A stretch of DNA of 64,000 bases from Tubiluchus corallicola (taxonomy: Eukaryota; Animalia; Priapulida), in assembly GCA_030141605.1 (NCBI GenBank), contig JAQGDQ010000377.1, positions 124,001 to 188,000 on the forward strand, written 5' to 3'. Below are positions 50,565 to 64,000 of this stretch, piece by piece. The position numbers and the translations under genes were made by a program. The notes under the pieces are model-generated. The model was not told the DNA's origin, did not search any database, and was given only the letters and a program-made list of their open reading frames with translations. How positions within the stretch are numbered: the stretch's first letter is position 1; the number at the start of each line of letters is the position of its first letter.

Positions 50565-53465
50565 TACTGTATAAGTGTACTGTATAAGTGTACTGTATAA
50601 GTGTACTGTATAAGTGTACTGTATAAGTGTACTGTATAAGTGTATAGTATAAGTGTATAGTATAAGTGTACAGTATAAGTGTACTGTATAAGTGTACTGT
50701 ATAAGTGTACAGTATAAGTGTACTGTATAAGTGTACTGTATAAGTGTACTGTATAAGTGTACTGTATAAGTGTACTGTATAAGTGTACTGTATAAGTGTA
50801 CAGTATAAGTGTACTGTATAAGTGTACTGTATAAGTGTACTGTATAAGTGTACTGTATAAGTGTACTGTATAAGTGTACAGTATAAGTGTACTGTATAAG
50901 TGTACTGTATAAGTGTACAGTATAAGTGTACAGTATAAGTGTACTGTATAAGTGTACTGTATAAGTGTACTGTATAAGTGTACTGTATAAGTGTACTGTA
51001 TAAGTGTACTGTATAAGTGTACTGTATAAGTGTACTGTATAAGTGTACTGTATAAGTGTACTGTATAAGTGTACTGTATAAGTGTACTGTATAAGTGTAC
51101 TGTATAAGTGTACTGTATAAGTGTACTGTATAAGTGTACTGTATAAGTGTACTGTATAAGTGTACTGTATAAGTGTACTGTATAAGTGTACTGTATAAGT
51201 GTACTGTATAAGTGTACTGTATAAGTGTACTGTATAAGTGTACTGTATAAGTGTACTGTATAAGTGTACTGTATAAGTGTACTGTATAAGTGTACTGTAT
51301 AAGTGTACTGTATAAGTGTACTGTATAAGTGTACTGTATAAGTGTACTGTATAAGTGTACTGTATAAGTGTACTGTATAAGTGTACTGTATAAGTGTACT
51401 GTATAAGTGTACTGTATAAGTGTACTGTATAAGTGTACTGTATAAGTGTACTGTATAAGTGTACTGTATAAGTGTACTGTATAAGTGTACTGTATAAGTG
51501 TACTGTATAAGTGTACTGTATAAGTGTACTGTATAAGTGTACTGTATAAGTGTACTGTATAAGTGTACTGTATAAGTGTACTGTATAAGTGTACTGTATA
51601 AGTGTACTGTATAAGTGTACTGTATAAGTGTACTGTATAAGTGTACTGTATAAGTGTACTGTATAAGTGTACTGTATAAGTGTACTGTATAAGTGTACTG
51701 TATAAGTGTACTGTATAAGTGTACTGTATAAGTGTACTGTATAAGTGTACTGTATAAGTGTACTGTATAAGTGTACTGTATAAGTGTACTGTATAAGTGT
51801 ACTGTATAAGTGTACTGTATAAGTGTACTGTATAAGTGTACTGTATAAGTGTACTGTATAAGTGTACTGTATAAGTGTACTGTATAAGTGTACTGTATAA
51901 GTGTACTGTATAAGTGTACTGTATAAGTGTACTGTATAAGTGTACTGTATAAGTGTACTGTATAAGTGTACTGTATAAGTGTACTGTATAAGTGTACTGT
52001 ATAAGTGTACTGTATAAGTGTACTGTATAAGTGTACTGTATAAGTGTACTGTATAAGTGTACTGTATAAGTGTACTGTATAAGTGTACTGTATAAGTGTA
52101 CTGTATAAGTGTACTGTATAAGTGTACTGTATAAGTGTATAGTGTAACTGTACTGTATAAGTGTACTGTATAAGTGTACTGTATAAGTGTACTGTATAGT
52201 GTACTGTATAAGTGTACTGTATAAGTGTACTGTATAAGTGTACTGTATAAGTGTACTGTATAAGTGTACTGTATAAGTGTACTGTATAAGTGTACTGTAT
52301 AAGTGTACTGTATAAGTGTACTGTATAAGTGTACTGTATAAGTGTACTGTATAAGTGTACTGTATAAGTGTACTGTATAAGTGTACTGTATAAGTGTACT
52401 GTATAAGTGTACTGTATAAGTGTACTGTATAAGTGTACAGTATAAGTGTACTGTATAAGTGTACTGTATAAGTGTACTGTATAAGTGTACAGTATAGTGT
52501 ACTGTATAAGTGTACTGTATAAGTGTACTGTATAAGTGTACTGTATAAGTGTACTGTATAAGTGTACTGTATAAGTGTACTGTATAAGTGTACTGTATAA
52601 GTGTAACTGTATAGTGTACTGTATAAGTGTACTGTATAAGTGTACTGTATAAGTGTACTGTATAAGTGTACTGTATAAGTAGTGTACAGTATAAGTGTAC
52701 AGTATAAGTGTACTGTATAAGTGTACAGTATAAGTGTACTGTATAAGTGTACTGTATAAGTGTACAGTATAAGTGTACTGTATAAGTGTACAGTATAAGT
52801 GTACTGTATAAGTGTACTGTATAAGTGTACTGTATAAGTGTACTGTATAAGTGTACTGTATAAGTGTACTGTATAAGTGTACTGTATAAGTGTACTGTAT
52901 AAGTGTACTGTATAAGTGTACTGTATAAGTGTACAGTATAAGTGTACTGTATAAGTGTACTGTATAAGTGTACTGTATAAGTGTACTGTATAAGTGTACT
53001 GTATAAGTGTACTGTATAAGTGTACTGTATAAGTGTACTGTATAAGTGTACTGTATAAGTGTACTGTATAAGTGTACAGTATAAGTGTACAGTATAAGTG
53101 TATAGTATAAGTGTACTGTATAAGTGTACAGTATAAGTGTACAGTATAAGTGTATAGTATAAGTGTACTGTATAAGTGTATAGTATAAGTGTATAGTATA
53201 AGTGTACTGTATAAGTGTACTGTATAAGTGTACTGTATAAGTGTACTGTATAAGTGTACTGTATAAGTGTACTGTATAAGTGTACTGTATAAGTGTACAG
53301 TATAAGTGTACTGTATAAGTGTACTGTATAAGTGTACAGTATAAGTGTACAGTATAAGTGTATAGTATAAGTGTACTGTATAAGTGTACTGTATAAGTGT
53401 ACTGTATAAGTGTACTGTATAAGTGTACTGTATAAGTGTACTGTATAAGTGTATAGTATAAGTGT
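50565..53465. repeat. 13-bp satellite, about 220 copies
   Basis: TACTGTATAAGTG; homogeneous centre, variants at the edges. Confidence 0.98.
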
Positions 53466-54377
53466 TAAGAACGTATTCGTTAGAACGAGACGTACCTGAT
53501 CAAAACCAGCATTCGATTCGGCAAGTGGCCCTTTTTGACTTCTTAACATAATGAAATTGAAGTGGGGTGGCCTAGTTCGCCTCTTATCTGGATTTTTCGC
53601 GACACCAACACTCGTCAGCTGCGCGTCTTGCTGAAAGGGGAGCAAGAGCAGACAGGGCAACAAGCTGGAGAGAGTTTTCAGTTGGGAAATGTGAATAATA
53701 ATGCTAACGTATTACAAATTTGGTACCTGAAACTGACATCCAGTTTTATTAATTGGCTGAAAAATTGTTATCTTCACTAATTTTGTGTAAGAACACCGTA
53801 TCTATCAACGTTAACGATTCTCTAAAAATTAACGCTGATAAGATCATCTTTTCATCTGTCTTGCATCCAAACATTTTAACAAACTGTTTTTGAACAATAT
53901 TTCTAGTACACATTATGCCGCTTCGTAGCTTCATCAAAGCTAATAAAGAAAGGGTGAAGGTCATGAAGAAAGAAATAAAGAATAAGATTGAATGTTGTAT
54001 AAAGAATGAATGTGCAGATGGAGCAGCACTAAATTAAGAACTTCAGGTACCCTTTTTCTTATCCTTGAGTATTGTGTATTGAGTATCGTTTCTTACCTCA
54101 TATCACGATTATGTATTTTTTTGTTTTTGTTAAAAATTTGTACGAAGGGAATTATTATTGTTGTTTATTTAACAGTCATTAATATTTAGATGTTTCCAAC
54201 AATCAAGAATGGAAAAGCACAATGTTTCAAGCTGCCGCTGCCATTAATGATTAATCACCAAGTAACAAAAAGAAAAAGATAAAAAACATACAAAGAGTAA
54301 AATATTTTTGTTGGTACATTTTACTTTCGTCATTACGATTTTGTTGCTTTTTAAAACTTTAATAATAAAAGAAAAAA

Positions 54378-54545
54378 CTATTGTTGTTGCGATGATAATA
54401 GAATAGAATTTCTTACTACAATTGAGGACGTTCTATTGTTGTTGCGATGGTAACGAAAGAAAATTTCTTACTACAATTGGGGACGTTCTATTGTTGTTGC
54501 GATGGTAACGAAATAGAATTTCTTGCTAGAATTGTGGACGTTCGA
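54378..54545. repeat. 55-bp tandem repeat x3 just upstream of gene 2
   Basis: CTATTGTTGTTGCGATG...AATTTCTTACTACAATTG.GGACGTT at 54378, 54433, 54488. Confidence 0.85.
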
Positions 54546-54641
54546 TCGCTTGTAGATGTTGTTATCAGAAGACAAAATTTCGGAAAAAATCAGAACAAGT
54601 TTAAGCAGTCTTATTTTTTACCGTTGTTCCTTTACGAAAAA

Positions 54642-55287
54642 ATGGACAATGAAAGTATGGAGGTCTTGCTGATGTTATTTTTACTGATTTGCTGTTCTTT
54701 CCAAGCCGATCAATGGATGATGCAAGAATGCGATCAAGAGTCTGCCAAAAAGATTTTACCATGCGCTTTCCCTGTGAAATTGGATTCTCGACATAGAATT
54801 GATTTTATTAAGAGGACTCGTTGCGATTTTATCTTTTGCACTTGGCACACAAAACAGGAGGCAGCTGATTGGTCTGCAAGGGTCAAATTCAAAGTGTATT
54901 CTATAAATATAACGGAATATGTTGCTAGCGAGTTACCGGAAAATGAGTTTCTAGCTGGGATTAATGTTGAAAAATTAATACTAGATAAGACAGGGGTGAC
55001 GCATTTGAGAGAAGCATTTGTTTACGATAAATTTAACAGCATAAAGCATGTAAACATACACAGAAACAACATACAGACTATACACGCTAAAGCGTTTAGT
55101 GGACTTTCAGCTCTTCAAACACTTATATTGCTTGGTAATCAAGACTTGCTTTCGGCAGATTTTGACCTGTCCATATCAAAATCCTTCAGGGTATTTTCGC
55201 TTCACGACAGTCCAATAATACAACGGATTAAAGAACCATCGCTACACAGAGCCATAGATCCTGGGGATGTTTCGTTCATTCTGACAG
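54642..55287 (+). CDS. Gene 2 exon 1: signal peptide, Cys-rich N-cap and all LRRs
   Basis: [22 protein letters not shown] signal (start could be 54657); LRRs such as [47 protein letters not shown]; donor ACAG|GTAAGC. Confidence 0.88.
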
Positions 55288-58200
55288 GTAAGCATTGATC
55301 GTGAAATACATGAGAAAAACCTTCAATTACATGAAGCTAAAATGATCTTTAAATGTTGTCACCTACATACTGCGTAACTCATAGAAATTACGTTTGCAGC
55401 ATTTGCGGCTGTGAAAAACTTGAAACTCCGACGAAGTGGCGTTTTCGGAGCAACCAATGCGCATGCGTTTCAACTTGCGAAATAGCTGCGAAAATAGTAA
55501 TAGTAATAGATGCAGGAAGACAACAACGCGTACGTGGGCTGAATAAACGGGTACATTAAAATCAATATAAAACAATTTTATCTATTCCGCACCCCTCCCC
55601 TCACAAACGCATACATATCCGGATGCTATGTAATTTTTCATTTTATATCTCCCGCAACACTGTTCCGAAGGCACCATTACATGACGTCACCACGTAAACG
55701 TAAATCAGGGAAAGAAAAGGAAATGTTAAATTATTATTTCCTAAAAACTTTGCATGCAAAATTATAGTACTTATTTCACTTACCTGCTGGAAAGACTTGT
55801 GTAACTAGGAAAGACGATTATTAGTTATTTAAAATTATTTCACCAATTGGTAAAATGTCGATAACTCAACCTCCAGGTGGTGCCAATCACAGCCAAAAAT
55901 TTTCATTCTTATTGATAAGTAGCAGTAATTTAAAATTTCGCTTTGTTAGCAACATGTGTGCCAAGAATGCTCTGATTATTTTTTTCAAACTTTAATCAAT
56001 GTTATCTAAACTTGTTTCAAATGACCTACCATCAAAATGGCTGCCCTTATATTTACACGTTTTACGCAGCGTTACAGCCGATGCAAGTTTTGCATGCAAA
56101 TGGTAATATGTAAGTGGTATAAAATTTCGAGACCAATTTTTAAAGTTTTATATAAATGGGGGTTTTCTTGTGCTTTAGATCAAGTTTTTATAAAGTTGTA
56201 AAACTGCATGTGAAGAATTGTGAAAAAGTAATTAAATCACAAACTTTGTTAATTATACGAAAGTCTAAATTATCTAATATTGTTAGTAAGATTTATGAAT
56301 GCGCCCAAACGTCAGTAACAAAACTAGGCACATGAGGTCTTTGCCGAAATACGGCACCATACCTGCACGACTAAGTCACTTAACATTTTAGTGACATTAG
56401 TGATTAAGTCACTAAGTTACTCACCTGACAGGTAACATTTCTGTACAAGTTGAAACCTGTTATTGAGTTTACGTAGCAGTAATATACAAACATTCAAGAC
56501 TTTTAAAATTGCATGTCAAGCACGTTTCTGAGACATATGTAAAGCTACAGTAAATTATACAAAAACTGTAGCATACTTTATCATGTGCAATCATTCCTGC
56601 AACTACGTATCACATGTAACAAGCACATGATGATATCTATCTTATCATTACACATCTGTTTATACAATAAAATGTTATTCTGAGTTAGTTCATTATGACC
56701 ATTCACCTGATTTTCACTGTCAAACAATATATTCTTAGTTCTACAAAATATTCGTCCACGAAATAATTTTTTAATTAAGATTTATATCACCTTCTTAATT
56801 CTAATGTTGGTCTAATATACCAGTTATCACTTATTGATTATTATATCTTGTGATCGTATAGCATTCAAGTGATTTATATAATGATTAAATTGATTTGTTT
56901 TCTATTTTAATTAATTGCTACAAGGTGATTTATCACCTGGCTCCTAGGGCTTAAGATTAGTCTATCGGGCGATAATCTGGTCCCTCAAGACTGACTCTAT
57001 GACTTCGCGTTGTGAGTAAAGTCTTTGTCCCTAAAGCTATCTAGCCTTGCTCCCGCAATTGAGCTTTATTAGATTAATTAATAATTAATGCAATGCGAAT
57101 CTACAGGTTCGTTATTGAATCTAGTGTTGCTTAACTTCAAACACCTATAAGCATACATGAACTCGTAAATTAAGTCAGAGTGAATAAACTTTTATTGGTT
57201 TACCATAATTACTCTTAGCTAGGTAGTTGTACACGATTTGTCCTTAGATGCTGGTAGTCGTTCACAACTAATGTTTAGCTCCAAGAGATAGACAAGCAAT
57301 TATTCTGTATACTGCACTTGAAGTGCTTAATACAATGTGAACTACACACTTAACAACTAATCCGTATACTGCACTTAAGGTGCTTAATACAATGTGAACT
57401 ACACACTTAACAACTAATCCGTACGCTGCACTTAAGGTGCATAATACAATGTGAACTACACACTTAACAACTATTCCGTACGCTGCACTTAAGGTGCTTA
57501 ATACAATGTGAACTACACACTCTACAACTATCCGCATGCAGCACTTAAGGTGCTTACTACAATGTGAACTACCTTTATTCAGAGTTACTCTCAGTTACTA
57601 ATGCGTTAAGATTACTTAACTCGGTAGAATGAACAATGCAACTCCCGTACACTTGGTCAAATCCAATGCTTTTGTGAGACTGTTCGTAGATCCAGTGCCC
57701 AGGCGCTTAGCTGACGACGTAGAACTGTTGGTCCACGCTGGTTCAAACGATATCTACACACTCTGTCAGATTCACTCCATCGAAGTTTGCTCTCTGCTCG
57801 CACCTGACTAACTAACCACCTCGTGTCCTCAACACGAGCTTATAACTCCAAGATCCCGCTTTGCGCAATTTCGTGCTCAAACGCAATATGGTGCAATAAG
57901 GTGAAAAGTTACATCCTTGGCTTACCCTAGCATCTCCCTGCCAAGCAGTTTACGACCATCCAGGTGGCTTAAATAATGCTTCTCCTGCGTGGGAAGTTAG
58001 CTACACGCCAGGTCTGTCTTCAGAATTTCTCCCCTCAAAGTTTCCTCGCAAGCTTGGCGTCGGCCATAAAGCTTCTCTTTCCAAAGAAGTTTGGCTTCTC
58101 GCGACTTTCTTGACAATTACGTGTAACTCTGCATAATGTTATATAGAGAACATTTATCTTCGCTTGCATAAGGTTATAAAACAAGATTTCGCTCTCACTT

Positions 58201-61200
58201 AATGAACACCTGTTTACCTTCAGTAAACGAAAAAAACACACCTGTGAAATAATTTGCTTCACATTAAATCTCGTGCCTTACCAGCTGAGTGAGTTCCTAT
58301 AATCAATCAATAAATTTATCTTATCAAATCTAGGAGGTATCCGTTTTATCAACTGAATCTAATTCAGTTGATAATTCTATTAATTAATCACCAAATTACC
58401 GATTCATAAATTTATTCATGACATTTAGTTAATGTGTTTAATTATTTACACTCTAGATGGCGCTACACTGTGGCGACTAAGACGATTTTACTTACTCAAA
58501 TATTGACTAGCAGATGATAACTTACGACAATTATACTACAAGTAGTTAAAAATATCTCTCAAGAAAATGCTGAAAATTCTCAGAATTTTTTTTTGCAGGT
58601 AACAGTCTGATCTGTGACTGCGATTTATTGTGGCTGCGCGTGGAGAACTTTAAACTTGTCGAGCTGGACTGTGCACAGCCTACAAAGATAATTGGTGCTA
58701 AACTGGACGACATTTCAAAGGAATGCTTAGAGACAACAACGTCTGCGCCAACTACAAGTAAGTATGTAAAGTGTCCTAAGTCACCGTTGTTACAAGTGGC
58801 TTAAGTCAACGTTGGGATAAGTGGCTTAAAGGAAGATCGGACGATCGTTTAGACTCAATCTCGTTTTAATTTACTATCCAAAATATACATTTTCTTGCCT
58901 ATAAAAGTTAGCAATTGTTCTTTATATTTGAATAATTAGCTTGGAAAGTTAGTTAGTTAATAGTTAATTAACGGCAACCGAATACAGCTATTGCTTACGT
59001 CAGAAACTAACCACAGTTTGTGCAATGACAGGCATCTTCCCTTGCACATCAAGCACATTTGCATAAGTGTTACAGTACTGTTTAAACGCATGATGTCACG
59101 AAAAATGGGCTTCACATCATATGACGTCATAAACTAACACTGCACTTAGTGGTCATGCTTATCACGGTACCGCCTTCTATTTGTCGGCCACGTGCACTGC
59201 ACGTGCAAAAGGCGCCGCTGCCAATCTTCACTGAGCCGAGCGTAGCTTTGAAAGTTTAACAAAACATAACTATTCGAGGTAATTATGTTATTTAATCTAA
59301 GGTTTGATTTAAAAAAGCTATTGTTGTTTTCAATATTTTGGAGCATTCTTTATTCTAAACTAATGTTTACAAAACCGTCCGGTTTTCTGTTAACTTTCAA
59401 TTCTGCCTTCCGCTAGGCGTAAATATGTGATTAAAATAGAGTTCGTTAATATCGAAATTTCGTTTATAGAAAACAAGAGCGATAAAGTTAAAATATGGTA
59501 TTATTACATTACACAAACATTCACAAGCGATATATACATTATGCAAGAATTATATGAAATAGAACGATTACATGATAATGGCAAAACATGTAAATACAGC
59601 TAAACGCTACGTTTACACAGCAAGAAAGGTAGAGAAAAAATGCTACGTAAGAGCCATTGGGAACATTAAATTAATGACAACGTGAGTGAGTGAAACGATT
59701 CACTACAAAATGCTTAACAATTCACTATACAATGTGTAAATATCGGTAATTGGTTACGCATTATCCTCAAAAAGAAGAAATGTTATGTCACTCCATACTG
59801 GCTAGAAAGAAGTTGCAAGATTACACCTATATATAGGTTTTACACGTCAAATGTAGACCTACGTTAAGTCAAATGTAGATTTAGGTAATTCAAATGTGTC
59901 TTGTTAACTCAAATGTAGACTTAGGCAGTTCAAATGTGTTAACAATGGTTTTCAAGAAATCTTAAGCGTTATTGGTAAGTCAAATGTAGACACATGTCAA
60001 GTCAAATGTCCTATGTCTACATTTGTCTTACCTAAGTCACATTTGAACTTTCCTGTGTCTACATTTGACGTGTAAAACCTATAGTAACAAAATAAATTTT
60101 AAACTCTAGAAGGCCTGTCTGCATAGCAAATAGTGCAAAGCAATACAATTTAGTACAAACACACAAATTATTGGTGACATGTTTCTTGCATTTCATAAAT
60201 AAACTCATGTTTGAATATTATACAATATTTTGAGCTGGGCATAATTATCTTATTTCTGATATTAATGAGTGTTTATCTAATCCTTGTCGAAATGGCGCGA
60301 CATGTTACGATAGATTATATGGATACTGTGTTTGTCCTCTACCATTTTTTGGAGTTCATTGTGAAAAGGAAGGTGATGCAGTGGCGGATTATGATTTTAT
60401 GGGCCTTAGGCTTGAGCTTGGAACGGGCCTTTTAAATGTTGCTACACTGCTGAGCTGACGTGTTTTTGTGGAGCTCTCGTCGTTTCTAAGTTTGTTTAAT
60501 TTTATGGGTTTTTGCCCACCGATTGTGATGAAAATTATATCTTCTTGATCCTTGAGTTGTGGACTAGGACTATATAAACACGATTACAGCTTGGTGACTT
60601 TCTGGGTTAGATGTCAACTAAAATAAGCCAATCAGAAACTCTGAAAGTAACTTTAGTTTCTTACTAATTTGCAGTGGGGAACGATCATTCTCTGCTCTGA
60701 AAAGGATAAAAACTTATTTACGGTCATCTCTAAAGGATGACAAATTAAACAATTTATCACTGATGCATATTGAGTCAGATATGTTGAAAAAAATGGATTT
60801 TTCAGAAATTATAACTGACTTTGCCCCCAGAAAAATTCGGAAACTGAAATTTTGAACTTAAACTTAAACTGTGTAAACGTGAATTGTGTAAACTTAAATT
60901 GTGTAAACTTGATTTGTGCAACCCGATTTGAAATATAGTGACTAACTTTTGAAAAAAAAAACTTTTTTCTATATTTTATTTTGGCAATTTGTTTTTTTTT
61001 TACAAACTTTGGGAGCGACAGCCCAACTTAAAATGTTGGGTTTGCTAATTTATCCTATGTAGCAAGGCAAATTATTTCAAAACACGTTTTTTGAAACCTA
61101 AGTTGTGTCCACTTTCACCTCACGAAATGCAAGACGGGTACAAGAACATAACATAAAACTATCCTAATTCGCCAATGCGAGGCAAACACATGTTTTTAGA

Positions 61201-61800
61201 TAAAAAACGATCAACATTTTTGTCATTAGAACAGTCCCTTGAAAAGACAGACTGTATATGTAGCCATATAACCACAAAACACAATTTAGAGTAAAAACTA
61301 ACAAAAAAAGTAATGACAGCTTGAATGTGAGGATTTTCCCTATTCATGCCCGTTTAGAAAACGCAATAAGACATGAGTATTAAGTAATAATTGTGACAGC
61401 TGCTTGCCTGAGGGGTGATAATTATATTGCTGAAACAGAGGTTCCTGTCAACTTGATAGAAATTTGACTTTCCTAGTTTTTTTCTTTGCGATAATAATTC
61501 CTGTTAATCCATTTTGATTTGTTTGTAGAGCGTCTTTCCATTTTCTTCACTATTTTCTAAATGAACTTAAATATTTTAATCTTTTGCAATCTGTCAGCAT
61601 TCAGTTGCGTTTATTTAATATTTAATGTGAATATTATCATTTAGAAAATTTATTTAAAAACATTATTGATGTATATTTGTATACATTAGATATCAATGAA
61701 TGTCAATCAAATCCATGTGACCACGGAACATGCAATGACTTAGTGAATGGGTACTCTTGTACCTGCGAAGCTGGCTATGAAGGATATAGATGTGACAAAG
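54642..61800 (+). CDS. Spliced gene 2 (3'-truncated): signal peptide - LRRNT - LRRs - LRRCT - EGF, paralogue of gene 1
   Basis: Exons 54642-55287, 58599-58757, (60259-60372 doubtful), 61690-61800; same splice sites and phases as gene 1. Confidence 0.85.
56849..58422. mobile_element. Dispersed solo-LTR-like repeat, copy D, in intron 1 of gene 2
   Basis: TGTGATCGTATAG...CATGACA; collinear with 18610-19840; absent from the homologous intron of gene 1; holds a 57-bp tandem repeat (about 57305-57572). Confidence 0.6.
58599..58757 (+). CDS. Gene 2 LRRCT exon
   Basis: [53 protein letters not shown]; donor GTAAGT. Confidence 0.9.
58830..59389. mobile_element. Possible Kolobok-like MITE
   Basis: TTAA|AGGAAGATCGGACG ... 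CGTCCGGTTTTCTG|TTAA, imperfect TIR with TTAA flanks. Confidence 0.45.
59832..60083. mobile_element. Internally deleted copy of the 43513-44006 MITE
   Basis: Same TIRs TATAGGTTTTACACGTCAAATGTAGAC. Confidence 0.85.
60259..60372 (+). pseudogene. EGF exon with non-canonical acceptor (probable pseudoexon of gene 2)
   Basis: [38 protein letters not shown], six Cys intact, but preceded by TTTCTG not AG; donor GTGATG. Confidence 0.6.
60379..60900 (+). mobile_element. hAT transposon remnant with dimerisation-domain fragment
   Basis: CAGTGGCGGATT terminus; 60670-60855 encodes [37 protein letters not shown]...FAPRK (hAT C-terminal dimerisation motif ERSFS.LKRIK..LRS). Confidence 0.85.
61690..61800 (+). 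CDS. Gene 2 calcium-binding-type EGF exon
   Basis: [37 protein letters not shown]; 111 nt, TAG acceptor, AG|GTACAA donor. Confidence 0.88.
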
Positions 61801-62612
61801 GTACAATTATATATTACAGCTGTATTAAAGAATTTCTTTGCATAAGTATTTTAATATGTGAAATGAACAAACTGACAAACATTTTTTTAATATTTATTAA
61901 GTGTGAAAGTTGTAACTGTATATTTTAGGTGCTGCCATCTCTTGATTAGTTACTTTAACATTTACTAGTTCAATTCACCCCTTATCACAATTGTTCGGTC
62001 CAGTGGATATTCACAAATAACTTTCACATTAAGTGTAAAAACACCTAAATGAACAAACTCCATTACTATCATGCACACTTATGCTGCATAACACTCAAAC
62101 TGCTAAAAATAGTGCCAGAGAACGTAGTAACAAAAATTGTTTTAAAAATATGTATTTTTTTCTCTAAATCGTACAAAAATTCTTTCTGGAACACAGTTTT
62201 ATCAAAATTTCAGCAAACTGAAGGTTAGTAGACTTAATTCAAACGCATTCTTTTGCAAGTGGTAACCATGTTATAATTAAGACATGGCAAACAGTTAAGA
62301 AGAAAACTTGCAATAACTTGTTCATGATTAGAAGTTGGAATAAAAATATCGTTGGTTGAATTGCTGCAAAACACAAAACAGCAAATGTTTCCTACTTGTT
62401 GTTTATTTGCTTTGTTTGTAGAGCATCTTTTTATTTTCTGCACTATTTTCTTATATTGGTGTGACACATACGATCTTAATATTGTAGTGTGACACATTTG
62501 GTGTATGGTGGTGTTATGTATGCATGTCTAGGGATATGGTGGTACACACTCACGTTTGTCAGTCTTGAAGACTAACTTTGATTTATAATTGTGGATACAT
62601 GTGTACAATTAA

Positions 62613-63069
62613 CCCTTTCAGTCCCAAATTAGTTTTTAATGAGAAAATTTTTTTTGGGTTGGTACTTTTGTTCAGTATGTCCATCTTGTTTACACATAAT
62701 TATTTTTTTGTACCTGTGCACGCGTGCTAAATATAGCCTGTATCCCACGGGATACATTGGGATTCAATGGAAGCTTAAAATGTGCTTCATTTTGCAGCTG
62801 CTGATAATTTTTTAAAGTATTTAAGACATTTAGTATGCATGCTATGCTCATCTGTACAAAGTCATCTCTAAAGTACTGTACCTTGCGCAGTTTTTTATAC
62901 TATGTAGATTTTCTAGTTTGCCATTTTATCACCATTTTTAAATCTATTGTTATTGGCTAAAATCAAAATGACTATTAACAGATCAAATAACTGTCAGTTT
63001 TAAAATTTTATTAATGATAAAGGCAGAAAATATTGTCGTATCTCACGGGATACAACGGGTATGAAAGGG
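62613..63069 (-). mobile_element. piggyBac-like MITE, full-length copy
   Basis: TTAA|CCCTTTCA...TGAAAGGG|TTGA; reverse complement of 33745-34198. Confidence 0.85.
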
Positions 63070-64000
63070 TTGAGCCAATATTTGGCAAGTTATAGTAAGA
63101 TAGTGTGTTTGGTCATACGTACGTGCATATTGCCACAATGCACAACCAGTGTTACTCCAAAGCAGTCAGAGTTAAATATTTAATTTTATATTTTGCTTTC
63201 AAAGCATTTGAGTTCACCCAGGAGCATAATACACTAGAGGTATCTATGGTCTCTCTGGTGCACTTGCCCTGGTCTCCTCGATTTTAACACTGTGTAAGCA
63301 ACTCGAACAGTAGAGCTTTCCATTTACATGCTAATATGCTGTCTACACAACACTACTCCATTAGTAGAGTATACTTATTCTAGCTTTATACTTATTCAGT
63401 ATAGCGTTATACTTATTCAGTATCTATGACTATGCAAGCAAGTCTATGGCTGGCTTTATCCAAGCCAGTGACTCTCCTGGCTGGGTTACCTGAGAGAATT
63501 AAAGCTTGTGTATTTCTACACTGTTCCTGTGGATATGCTGCACCTTACTAGAACCTGTGCATTTTCTGCACTAGACTCATCAAGCAGCAATAACTGCTTG
63601 CTGATGTCCAAACTCGTTTTTTATAGATTTATCTGCTCTCGTCACGTGACTTCTGTAGAGTTTGTGTACTGGCGTCCTGGCAACAATTTGCTAGCTAGTG
63701 CCCAATGTATATTTTGTTGATAAGTGATTACTATAATATTAATTTTACAAAATAAATCTACTCTAGCATTGTTTTAACTTTTTACACGTTTCATTATAGT
63801 GTTACAAAAGATATAATGTGATTATTTAACATTATTTAATTTAATTTTGTCGCACGTTGGTTTGTTGTCTCGCTCCGCATGTAAACAAAGATGGCGGCGC
63901 TCTGACGCTGTTCGTGCAAGTGCAGACAATCATTATAATCGGCGCTGATTCCATTCTTAGGGTGTTTATTAGTTATTTTGCTGTTGTCGAAGGTAAAATA

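Noticed and set aside
53575-53625. Hammerhead-like CTGACGA...GAAA on the minus strand
   Set aside because: Stem II is weak and I could not find stems I and III.
50559-53663. 1034-aa minus-strand ORF
   Set aside because: Translation of a stop-free 13-bp satellite; no coding features.
54447-54641. Upstream ATG of the 283-aa ORF as gene 2 start
   Set aside because: Lies in a 55-bp tandem repeat; the signal peptide starts at 54642 or 54657.

Overview
AT-rich, intron-containing animal (probably invertebrate) genomic DNA; the ORF track mostly misses the real genes, which were reconstructed here from GT-AG splice sites. Contents: (1) the 3' part of a spliced + strand gene (1-13941) encoding LRRs, an LRRCT cap, a Thr-rich linker, 12 single-exon EGF domains and a GPI-signal-like tail, plus the 5' part of a tandem paralogue (54642 to beyond 61800); (2) an intronless array of 18 near-identical ankyrin repeats (27395-29218) with two in-frame TGA codons and a LINE fragment at its 5' end; (3) an apparently complete 8-exon S1 (trypsin-fold) serine protease gene (32922-45559) with an intact His/Asp/Ser triad; (4) many MITEs, LINE/SINE fragments, a hAT remnant, LTR-like repeats, and mini/microsatellites. 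Most notable: a covarying, pseudoknot-like RNA motif shared by four diverged dispersed repeats; amino-acid-biased divergence between the LRR-EGF paralogues; DARPin-like hypervariability in the ankyrin array; and a piece of the LRR-EGF gene family inserted in a protease intron. All counts and alignments were done by eye.
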